Shown piece by piece: positions 1 to 5,838 of a stretch of DNA of 6,539 bases (position 1 is its first letter; every line of letters starts with the position of its first letter). Where the stretch lies: NCBI RefSeq assembly GCF_035285525.1, contig NZ_JAYKGW010000115.1:1-6539 (forward strand), in the 5' to 3' direction. The position numbers and the translations under genes are program-made. This DNA comes from Okeania sp. (GTDB lineage: Bacteria > Cyanobacteriota > Cyanobacteriia > Cyanobacteriales > Microcoleaceae). The notes under the pieces were generated by a model, which saw only the letters and a list, made by a program, of their open reading frames with translations, searched no databases and was not told the DNA's origin.

Positions 1-438
1 TCTAGCTCTTTCTTGAGCATTAGTCAAACGTTCCATATATTTAGTATTAGGAAAATCTGGTTCTGCTAGAGCTAAACCTTCTTCTACCATATATTCATTA
101 ATTAGTTTCCCTTCCACCCAAACATAAGCTAAGAGGCGATCAAATCTATCTTTCTCCTGAGTATCAAACTCCAATAATACCTCTTGTCCCAAAGTTAATT
201 TTTCTAATTCAACTTTAGCCTCTTGTCCCCAAGGTTTTTGTCTAATATCTGGCGCTTGAATACCAATCAAGCGAATCGGTTCTAACAAAGGCACAGGAGC
301 AGAACGGTCAGTTATTTCGATAGTTTGTCCACTAACCACCCTTTCCACCGTAGTAATTTTGCCAGAACTGAGGTTTGGCTGTTGACAACTAACCAAAAAT
401 ATGCAGGTCATAAATAGACAAATAATTTTAGTCTTCAT
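1..438 (-). CDS. Staphylococcal-nuclease (SNase/thermonuclease)-fold lipoprotein; 3' end cut by the window edge (146 codons visible)
   Basis: I checked the minus frame triplet by triplet: it is open from ATG (438-436) to position 1. It is absent from the supplied track, presumably because there is no stop in the window. The N-terminus MKTKIICLFMTCIFLVSCQQ has a Lys-rich n-region, a hydrophobic core and lipobox L-V-S-C. The body aligns by eye with S. aureus nuclease A: VERVVSGQTIEI ~ IKAIDGDTVKL; PIRLIGIQAPD ~ TFRLLLVDTPE; DRFDRLLAYVWVEGKLINEYMVEEGLA ~ [27 protein letters not shown]. Confidence 0.75.
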   Translation of the reverse strand, partial: MKTKIICLFMTCIFLVSCQQPNLSSGKITTVERVVSGQTIEITDRSAPVPLLEPIRLIGIQAPDIRQKPWGQEAKVELEKLTLGQEVLLEFDTQEKDRFDRLLAYVWVEGKLINEYMVEEGLALAEPDFPNTKYMERLTNAQERAR

Positions 439-796
439 CCAATGGCAGTCCAACTTCCACCTTTCCTTTGCCAAAGTAGCGACCAAACTGAAGTTCATAA
501 ACTTCATCCTCATCCTGTGTTTCTACAAATAGGTCAGAACGTGCATAACTAACACAGAGAAGAGCATAACCCTGTTTTTGTAATTCTAGGGATAGTCCCA
601 TTGCTTCAGGTTGATGGATTTCTCCAGATAGGACTCTAACTGCACAAGTAGTACAAGCACCATTACGGCAAGAAAAAGGTAACTCGATTCCTTGGTTTTC
701 AGCACTGTGGAGAATGTAGCGGTCTTCAGGAACCTGGACTGTGTAATGGGTATTATTTTGGCGATCATGTATGTGAATTTGATGATAAGAGACCAT
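428..796 (-). CDS. Plant-type [2Fe-2S] ferredoxin with a C-terminal extension (FdC2-like)
   Basis: 122-aa ORF with an ATG start at 796-794. The cluster ligands follow the pattern C43-x4-C48-x2-C51-x29-C81 (FSCRNGACTTCAVRVLSG...ALLCVSY), the canonical plant/cyanobacterial ferredoxin spacing. About 25 extra C-terminal residues (DEVYELQFGRYFGKGKVEVGLPLDED) match the extended FdC2/Fed2 class rather than the ~98-aa PetF class. Confidence 0.9.
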   Translation of the reverse strand: MVSYHQIHIHDRQNNTHYTVQVPEDRYILHSAENQGIELPFSCRNGACTTCAVRVLSGEIHQPEAMGLSLELQKQGYALLCVSYARSDLFVETQDEDEVYELQFGRYFGKGKVEVGLPLDED

Positions 797-798
797 TT

Positions 799-819
799 CA
801 GTTATCAGTTATTAGTTAT
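799..819. repeat. STRR-like heptanucleotide array, 3 x (C/T)AGTTAT
   Basis: cagttat cagttat tagttat, starting 3 nt upstream (minus sense) of the ferredoxin ATG. On the mRNA strand it reads ATAACTA ATAACTG ATAACTG AA ATG. Confidence 0.8.
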
Positions 820-908
820 TATTGCCTCCAGTTTCAGCTAGAGGAACTTTTATTATATTATTTGATAAAGGCCCAAAATCCCATAAGAAATTTTTTTTTC
901 ATAGGGGG

Positions 909-938
909 TTGTCAAATTAAAATTAGTTCTGCTATAGT
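909..938 (+). promoter_or_regulatory. Candidate sigma70-type promoter for tRNA-Ser
   Basis: TTGTCA (909-914), an 18-nt spacer, then TATAGT (933-938). The predicted start lies about 40 nt upstream of the tRNA 5' end. This rests on hexamer matching in AT-rich DNA only. Confidence 0.35.
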
Positions 939-982
939 AGTGGAATTGTGAGCAAATTTTAAATTAAATAATTTTGCTACCA

Positions 983-1069
983 GGAGAGGTGGCCGAGTGG
1001 TTTAAGGCGCAGCACTGGAAATGCTGTTATGGGGTAACTCATACGGGGGTTCGAATCCCCCCCTCTCCG
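983..1069 (+). tRNA. tRNA-Ser, anticodon GGA; class II with a long variable arm; CCA not encoded
   Basis: Folded by hand. Acceptor stem GGAGAGG (983-989) pairs with CCTCTCC (1062-1068), followed by discriminator G1069. U8 and G9 are present. The D-arm is GCC-GAGTGGTTTAA-GGC. The anticodon stem CAGCA/TGCTG encloses loop CT-GGA-AA (anticodon at 1017-1019). The 18-nt variable arm is ttatggggtaactcatac, with a TATGGG/CTCATA stem. The T-arm is GGGGG-TTCGAAT-CCCCC (1045-1061). Confidence 0.93.
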
Positions 1070-1076
1070 TTTTTTT
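1045..1076 (+). terminator. Possible intrinsic termination signal after the tRNA (GC-rich T-arm/acceptor helix plus T7 run)
   Basis: Seven consecutive T (1070-1076) start immediately after the discriminator base. The GGGGG/CCCCC T-stem lies just upstream. The geometry is not classical (8 nt between stem and T-run). Confidence 0.3.
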
Positions 1077-1232
1077 CAGTTATTCAAAAAACATTAATTT
1101 CAGTATAAGCATTTCCTGTAGAACATTGCGCAAACAGCGGTTAGAAGAGTGCTTTTAGTTTTAGATAAAAACTTTATAATACACAATCGGAATAATTACT
1201 ATATTAAGTCATTGCGACGGTCTCTCAGTGAA

Positions 1233-1273
1233 AGGAAGCAATCTTAGGGACGGTCAGAGAGAGATTGCTTCCT
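1233..1273. repeat. Perfect 12-bp inverted repeat (hairpin) in the tRNA-Ser / thioredoxin-like intergenic region
   Basis: aGGAAGCAATCT (1233-1244) and AGATTGCTTCCt (1262-1273) flank a 17-nt loop (tagggacggtcagagag). Around it lie a GACGGTC direct repeat (1216-1222, 1250-1256), a CTCTC/GAGAG complement and a third ATTGC copy at 1212-1216. No strong T-run follows on either strand. Confidence 0.6.
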
Positions 1274-1423
1274 CTTGTCGATAGGGACAACTTTTCAAAC
1301 GGATTTTGTATGATTCAGAAATTTTATCTTGCTACAAAATTAAATTTTCAAGTTTATATATATTAGTTTAAATTTTCTCCTTAAGGTTGAGGTTTTTATT
1401 ACTAATAGCTGTTTGCTTACTTA

Positions 1424-2005
1424 TTAGTTATCAGTTAATTCAACATTAATCTCATTAACTATTCTCCGTTTAAGTTCAACAGACTCAGAGCGTGGTAATA
1501 AATCAAAAACTTCTCGAAAAACATCATCTACTCTTTCAAAAGAAACTTGACCTTTCTCATTCAAAACAACCTTTCCTTTTTGGTTAATTAAAACAGTTTG
1601 AGGTACAAAACCTTGATAATAATAAGATGTTTTTGTAGAGTCATTAGTGACAGGATTAATAATAGTATCTACATTAACAGGAATAAAATTTGCTGCCCGA
1701 CCATAGAATCTTTGAAGTTCAGAAACTACAGTCGAAAACTGTTTACAATCTTTACTATCATCTAAAAAAAATATAAGCAGTGCTGGTTTAGAACTTTTTA
1801 AAGAATCTTGTAAAGTCACCTTAGCAGGTACAAGAGAACCATTACCAGCATAAAGAGCAAAAATATTACCATCAAATCTATCATCATTGAGACTTGCTAA
1901 AGCAGTAGGTGTTGCTATTAGCATCAAAAAAAAGATTGTTAGTAGAAAACTAAACAAACTCAAGAATATTTTTTGCCATGAAAAACTTTGGGTTAGATTT
2001 AGCAT
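1424..2005 (-). CDS. Membrane-anchored or secreted thioredoxin-fold protein with a degenerate SxxC active site (possibly the cyanobacterial slr1796-type 'thylakoid membrane photosystem I accumulation factor' family)
   Basis: 193-aa ORF with an ATG at 2005-2003. An N-terminal hydrophobic segment (IFLSLFSFLLTIFFLMLIATPTALA) ends in an AxA motif. Thioredoxin-fold landmarks are present: KPALLIFFLDDSKDCKQF sits where WCxxC is expected (here S84-K-D-C87), and a cis-Pro-type motif occurs in GFVPQTVLI. The family name is recalled from memory, not verified. Confidence 0.85.
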   Translation of the reverse strand: MLNLTQSFSWQKIFLSLFSFLLTIFFLMLIATPTALASLNDDRFDGNIFALYAGNGSLVPAKVTLQDSLKSSKPALLIFFLDDSKDCKQFSTVVSELQRFYGRAANFIPVNVDTIINPVTNDSTKTSYYYQGFVPQTVLINQKGKVVLNEKGQVSFERVDDVFREVFDLLPRSESVELKRRIVNEINVELTDN

Positions 2006-2019
2006 AATTGTCAGATATT

Positions 2020-2047
2020 TAGTTACCAGTTATTCGTTATTAGTACC
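2020..2047. repeat. Degenerate STRR-like heptanucleotide array (tagttac cagttat tcgttat tagtacc)
   Basis: Four consecutive 7-nt units of the same (C/T)AGTTAT family as 799-819, located 15-42 nt upstream (minus sense) of the thioredoxin-like start codon. Confidence 0.7.
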
Positions 2048-2337
2048 ACTTACACAAGCAAACTAGGAAACTAAGTTTATTACCCTGATTATTGTTTTCT
2101 TGAAGCCGGAAATCTAGTTGATAAACTCGGTTTTTGTTTAAGTCTTTAATTAGAGTTTGCTGATTAAATCTGAAAGTATTTACAGATAAAGATTTTGGTC
2201 TTTTTAGACATAAAAACAAGTGCGAGCTTTTAAGTTCACCAGGTTGAAAAAATTATGATTTTTGGCTCACACTACACTTGAGGTGAAAATTTAACGGACT
2301 ATTCTTTTGGCTTTCTCCTTTAACTTGTCGGTAAATT

Positions 2338-2372
2338 CTGACTTCTAACTCCTGACTCCTGACTCCTAGATT
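2338..2372. repeat. Heptanucleotide tandem array, 5 x CTGACTC-like
   Basis: ctgactt ctaactc ctgactc ctgactc ctagatt; it ends 5 nt from the glycosyltransferase stop codon (2377-2379). Confidence 0.8.
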
Positions 2373-2376
2373 AATA

Positions 2377-3309
2377 CTACATTTTTTCGTGCTTAATGTA
2401 GGATAATTTCTTTTTGATTGTTGTTTTTAGACCATTGTATAATTCATTGAAAAAAAGATTCCAGAAGTAACCATATTGTGGAAACTTTCTCACTAATAAG
2501 GCATCCGCAGGAAAAATAACCCTAGTTTCTTTCAAAGAATAAGGTTTACTTATATATCTAATTTGCTCTGGTTCAGGCAGCCAGTGACCTACACAAATAT
2601 CTTTTTGATAATATTGAGCCTGGAGAAATAATCCTAACAATCTATCTAAACTCCAAAATGGTAACCAAGTAATAGGATCGGCTAACTTCATAGTATTTGA
2701 TAATTCAAAAAGAGATTTTTTTACCATTTCAGTTCTCCACACCTTATTATTAAAGTTTTCAATGTGTGGGCCTTTATGATCTGTTCTTTTTGTATATGGC
2801 CAGAAAGCAGATATCTTAAATTTATTTTCTAAGGGAGCAATCGGAATTTCTCGTAAAGTCTGCTCTCTATCACTCTTATTTCTTCCTTTCACAATTTCCA
2901 TTTCGCTAATTTCCGGAAGTTTGCCCCAATCACTCTTAATAGTTTCTTCATCCAAATAGCTTATGTTTTTTTTATTTAAACGTAGCACCCAACTGTGGGG
3001 ATTTTTTTGGAAATATTCAGAAGTGAATTTAAGTACATCAGGATGTACAAAATCATCATCATCTAAAGCTAAGATATATTTTCCTGATGTGTTAAGTATG
3101 CCTGTCATCCTTTGAATAGTTTCACCTTTAAATGAACTATGTATAACTTTTAATCGAGGATCGTAGAAAGGTTTGACTATCTCATTAGGAGGATAAACCA
3201 AAATAAATTCAACATTACCTTTAACCGCTAGTAGTTGTTCTAACCAGTAGTCAGAAAAGTTACCCCTTGTGGGAGTTACAATTGATAAGATTTTTTCTTT
3301 TAATTCCAT
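2377..3309 (-). CDS. Glycosyltransferase family 2-like (GT-A fold) protein
   Basis: The N-terminal motif MELKEKILSIVTPTRGN matches the typical GT2 'xxSIVxPTxN' beginning. A DxD-type acidic motif ILALDDDDFV follows, with four GAT codons at 3052-3063. The supplied ORF extends to a TTG at 3336 (9 extra codons). I prefer the ATG at 3309-3307 because it places the GT2 N-terminal strand at the usual distance and has a purine-rich AAGGGGAAG...AGG stretch upstream. Confidence 0.85.
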   Translation of the reverse strand: MELKEKILSIVTPTRGNFSDYWLEQLLAVKGNVEFILVYPPNEIVKPFYDPRLKVIHSSFKGETIQRMTGILNTSGKYILALDDDDFVHPDVLKFTSEYFQKNPHSWVLRLNKKNISYLDEETIKSDWGKLPEISEMEIVKGRNKSDREQTLREIPIAPLENKFKISAFWPYTKRTDHKGPHIENFNNKVWRTEMVKKSLFELSNTMKLADPITWLPFWSLDRLLGLFLQAQYYQKDICVGHWLPEPEQIRYISKPYSLKETRVIFPADALLVRKFPQYGYFWNLFFNELYNGLKTTIKKKLSYIKHEKM

Positions 3310-3814
3310 TTTATACCTGAACTTCCCCTTTGACAAAACTCTATAATGTATGCTTTACAAGAGATAGATCGAATTGTCCACACCTATTTACTGGGTACAA
3401 GATAAATAAAGTGTTAAATTTTATAATAAATCTAACACTTTGTGTTGTGGTGAGCGTGATTTGAAATAAATGACTATATTTTAGCACAGATATTCCCTGT
3501 GAGTCTTTGTTAAGAAATATTACAAGATTACATGACTACGTCCAAAAACGAAGCTTGCTCTCATATAAAATTGATAAGGGTTTTAGAGTTTTATAGTACA
3601 TTTGGCGGGGGGAGTTCAGTCAGACCAAATCCTGGTTTAAAAAAGGTGTATAGATACTTTATTAGTATAATACATACTTTATTCCTGTTATTTAACACCT
3701 TTTATTCTATGCGAATTTGGTAGGAAATATTTCTAATATTTTTATTGTCAAACTACTAAATTTTATAGGTTGGATTTTCTTGAAGTTAACCAAACCTACA
3801 AAGTTATATTGATA

Positions 3815-5794
3815 TTATTTCTGATCTGAACTGTCTGGCATTATTGCCCCTGTGAGTTTTGTATTTTCCCAGGATACTCCACCCAGTTTAGCACCAGTTA
3901 AATTCGCCCCAGATAAATCAGCTAAACTAGGTTCAGCAGCTCGTAAATCTGCTGAAATTAGATCCGCCCCTCTAAGGTTAGCACGATTCAGTTCCGCATT
4001 ACGAAGATCGGCTTTAGTTAAATTTGTAGTTATTAATGTCGCACGAATCAAGCTAGCATTTTGTAAGCTTGCTCCACTTAAGTTGGCGTGTTTTAGATCA
4101 GAAGCATCAAGTTTTGCTCCATCTAAATTTGCTTCTCTTAAGTCTGCCCAACTTAGGTCTAAACCTCTTAAGTCAGAACCTGCTAAATTTACTCCTGGTA
4201 ATGATACTTTAGGACCGAAAAAATAGATACCTAATTTAGAATAATCAAATTTTTCAGGAAAAATAGTAGCTTCACTACAAAGCGCTTGGTTCATTTTTAC
4301 TATTTGTAGTTTTGCTCCTTTCAGGTTTGCTTTTAATAAATTAACTCTACTTAAATCTACTTCAGTCAAATTTGCATTAATAAAATTTGCACTCCTCAAA
4401 TTTAATCCACTCAAATTTACTTTTGTCAAATTTGCACTACTAAAATTTGCATTATTTGAAATTTTAGAATTACTAAAATTCACTCCGCTCAAATTAGCTT
4501 CTGTGAAATTGGCTGACTCTAAATTAGCTTCATTGAGATGTACATTCCTAAAAGTTGTTTTTTCTAGTTTAGTATTATAAAGATGTGCTTTATTCAAGTT
4601 ACTATTAATAAACTGAGTTTGACTTAAATTTGCGAACTGAAAACTAATTTCAGAAAGGTTAGTACCTCGAAATTTTGCCCCAGTTAAATTAACTGATTTA
4701 AAACTAGCACTACTCAAATTTGCACGATTAAAATTAGCATTAGTCAAATTTAGTTTTGAATCATTAAAAGACTTCCCACTCAAATCAACTCCAGCTAAAT
4801 TAATCCCAGGGAAATCTCGTTCTCCAGCATTATATTTCTGCAAAAATTCTTTAGCACTAACTACAGGTTCTTTACTTTCTAGTTCTTGTTCATCCTCTTC
4901 ATCTACTACTATGGAAATATCCTGAAATTCTATTTCATTCATATCTTTAACTCCAGGCAAATTTTCCATGTTCTCCAAATTTTTTACACTTTCTGTAAAC
5001 CTACGATTAATTTCTGCTTCTGACAAAACTTCAGCACTATAAAAACGGTTAATTAATCCTCGTAAAATTTGTTGGTCGCTAGTCCTAATACCTATTTCCC
5101 TTTCTAAACCTTGGTCATTAGAAGCCAAAAAATTATGACTTCCTACAAAAGCAAACTTAGCATCACATACTATAAAATTTTCGTGAGTTCCTAATAATTT
5201 TAGCCTAAATAAAGCAGGATAAATTTTCTCTAACTGTTGTAAATCTGCCAAAGCATTATATTTCAAACCTTTGCCAATATTCCAGCGATCGCCTAAATAT
5301 CCCCAACCAACATCTACCTGACAAGCACGGTCTAAACAAGCTTTAATTTTAGAGAGTAAATCTTTATCAATACTATTACAATTTAACCAAGGACACACAA
5401 GAATTAATCGTGATTCAACTATTTCTAATGCTTCAATTAATAGAGTACGACTGCCAGAGCGATCTAATATTAATTGATTTGGATGTTGTTCATAGTTTGC
5501 CAGGTTTTGATCTAGAGATATTGCTTGGTTTTCTTGAGTGGATATTATGGCTTCATTTTCAGCCAATAACTTATCTAAACGTAGATTCAAAATAGCTAAC
5601 TTTTTCTGTAATTTTTCGATAGTTTCTACTTCTTGTCGATGATTAAATTTTTCTATTTGCTCATCTAAAGTATTTTTAAGTTTAAGAACATATTTTTTGA
5701 TAGTGTTATATCGTTTTTCGGATATAGTTTGTTGTTTTTCGAGCTTGGCAACTTTAGCCATTAGAGCAGATAAATTAGATTTTAGGTTAGGCAT
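3815..5794 (-). CDS. Multidomain protein: N-terminal coiled coil, single PLD/HKD-like domain (HxN variant), acidic linker, and two blocks of pentapeptide repeats
   Basis: 659-aa ORF from ATG 5794-5792 to TAA 3817-3815. Residues ~5-100 are heptad-like and K/E/L/Q-rich. Residues ~108-255 have the PLD-fold pattern (SRLILVCPWLNCNSIDKDLLSKIKACLDRACQVDV...), followed by H204-E-N-FIVC-D211-AKFAFV-G218-S-H-N221. This matches HxK(x)4D(x)6GSxN except K is replaced by N (nt 5132-5185). The acidic linker is DEEDEQELE. The EFLQKYNAGERDFPGINLAGVDLSG lead-in is typical of cyanobacterial pentapeptide proteins. About 34 A(N/D)(L/F)xx pentads span aa 331-500, a 33-aa interruption follows, then about 22 pentads span aa 534-645. 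Confidence 0.9.
   Translation of the reverse strand: MPNLKSNLSALMAKVAKLEKQQTISEKRYNTIKKYVLKLKNTLDEQIEKFNHRQEVETIEKLQKKLAILNLRLDKLLAENEAIISTQENQAISLDQNLANYEQHPNQLILDRSGSRTLLIEALEIVESRLILVCPWLNCNSIDKDLLSKIKACLDRACQVDVGWGYLGDRWNIGKGLKYNALADLQQLEKIYPALFRLKLLGTHENFIVCDAKFAFVGSHNFLASNDQGLEREIGIRTSDQQILRGLINRFYSAEVLSEAEINRRFTESVKNLENMENLPGVKDMNEIEFQDISIVVDEEDEQELESKEPVVSAKEFLQKYNAGERDFPGINLAGVDLSGKSFNDSKLNLTNANFNRANLSSASFKSVNLTGAKFRGTNLSEISFQFANLSQTQFINSNLNKAHLYNTKLEKTTFRNVHLNEANLESANFTEANLSGVNFSNSKISNNANFSSANLTKVNLSGLNLRSANFINANLTEVDLSRVNLLKANLKGAKLQIVKMNQALCSEATIFPEKFDYSKLGIYFFGPKVSLPGVNLAGSDLRGLDLSWADLREANLDGAKLDASDLKHANLSGASLQNASLIRATLITTNLTKADLRNAELNRANLRGADLISADLRAAEPSLADLSGANLTGAKLGGVSWENTKLTGAIMPDSSDQK
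5285..5292. repeat. HIP1 octamer GCGATCGC (highly iterated palindrome of cyanobacteria)
   Basis: Exact GCGATCGC inside the PLD-domain coding region. A GC-only-flanked octamer is unlikely by chance in DNA this AT-rich. It is used here only as a taxonomic hint. Confidence 0.6.
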
Positions 5795-5838
5795 TATTAA
5801 ATAGTGGATAAATTATCACGTTTATTGTAAGGCATAAA

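Noticed and set aside
586-768. 60-aa minus-strand ORF inside the ferredoxin gene
   Set aside because: It is an alternative frame of a gene whose annotated frame carries the complete Cys4 ferredoxin signature, so it is spurious.
983-1423. tRNA-Ser as an integration site for a genomic island, with an att-type direct repeat of the tRNA 3' end
   Set aside because: I found no second copy of the tRNA 3' segment (ttcgaatcccccctctcc) anywhere in the window and no integrase. The neighbouring genes are housekeeping-like.
2221-2300. Yfr1-like sRNA, suggested by CTCACAC in ggctcacactacac, and a crossing (pseudoknot-like) pair of complements GTGCGAGC/GCTCACAC and TTCACC/GGTGAA
   Set aside because: Only 7 of the 11 nt of the conserved Yfr1 motif ACUCCUCACAC are present, and there are no flanking GC-rich stem-loops or terminator. 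The short complements are within chance expectation for an unconstrained search.
3310-3336. TTG start codon extending the glycosyltransferase by 9 codons (MSKGKFRYK)
   Set aside because: The in-frame ATG at 3309 gives the canonical GT2 N-terminus and has a purine-rich stretch upstream. The TTG extension has no support beyond being open, so it is kept only as an alternative.
3329-3347. Consensus TTGACA (3329-3334) and consensus TATAAT (3342-3347) on the plus strand
   Set aside because: The hexamers are only 7 nt apart, against the required 16-18 nt, so they cannot act together as a -35/-10 pair. TTGACA also overlaps the possible TTG-extended 5' end of the GT2 ORF. Only the TATAAT is carried into a low-confidence finding.
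3532-3723. 63-aa plus-strand ORF in the GT2 / PLD-gene spacer
   Set aside because: There is no Shine-Dalgarno-like sequence before the ATG (aagattacATG) and no recognisable motif, and the composition simply mirrors AT-rich intergenic DNA. I have not called it a CDS, but it is the only ORF in a long spacer, so conservation in relatives should be checked.
3852-4226. 124-aa plus-strand ORF antisense to the pentapeptide-repeat region
   Set aside because: It lies entirely inside the much longer, motif-rich minus-strand CDS. Low-complexity pentapeptide coding DNA (GCN/AAY/YTN-rich) commonly leaves antisense frames open. The product is a low-complexity A/S/K/L/F string.
5410-5595. 61-aa plus-strand ORF antisense to the coiled-coil/PLD region
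   Set aside because: It is embedded in the 659-aa CDS on the opposite strand and has no motifs or RBS. Its length is within chance expectation for AT-rich DNA.
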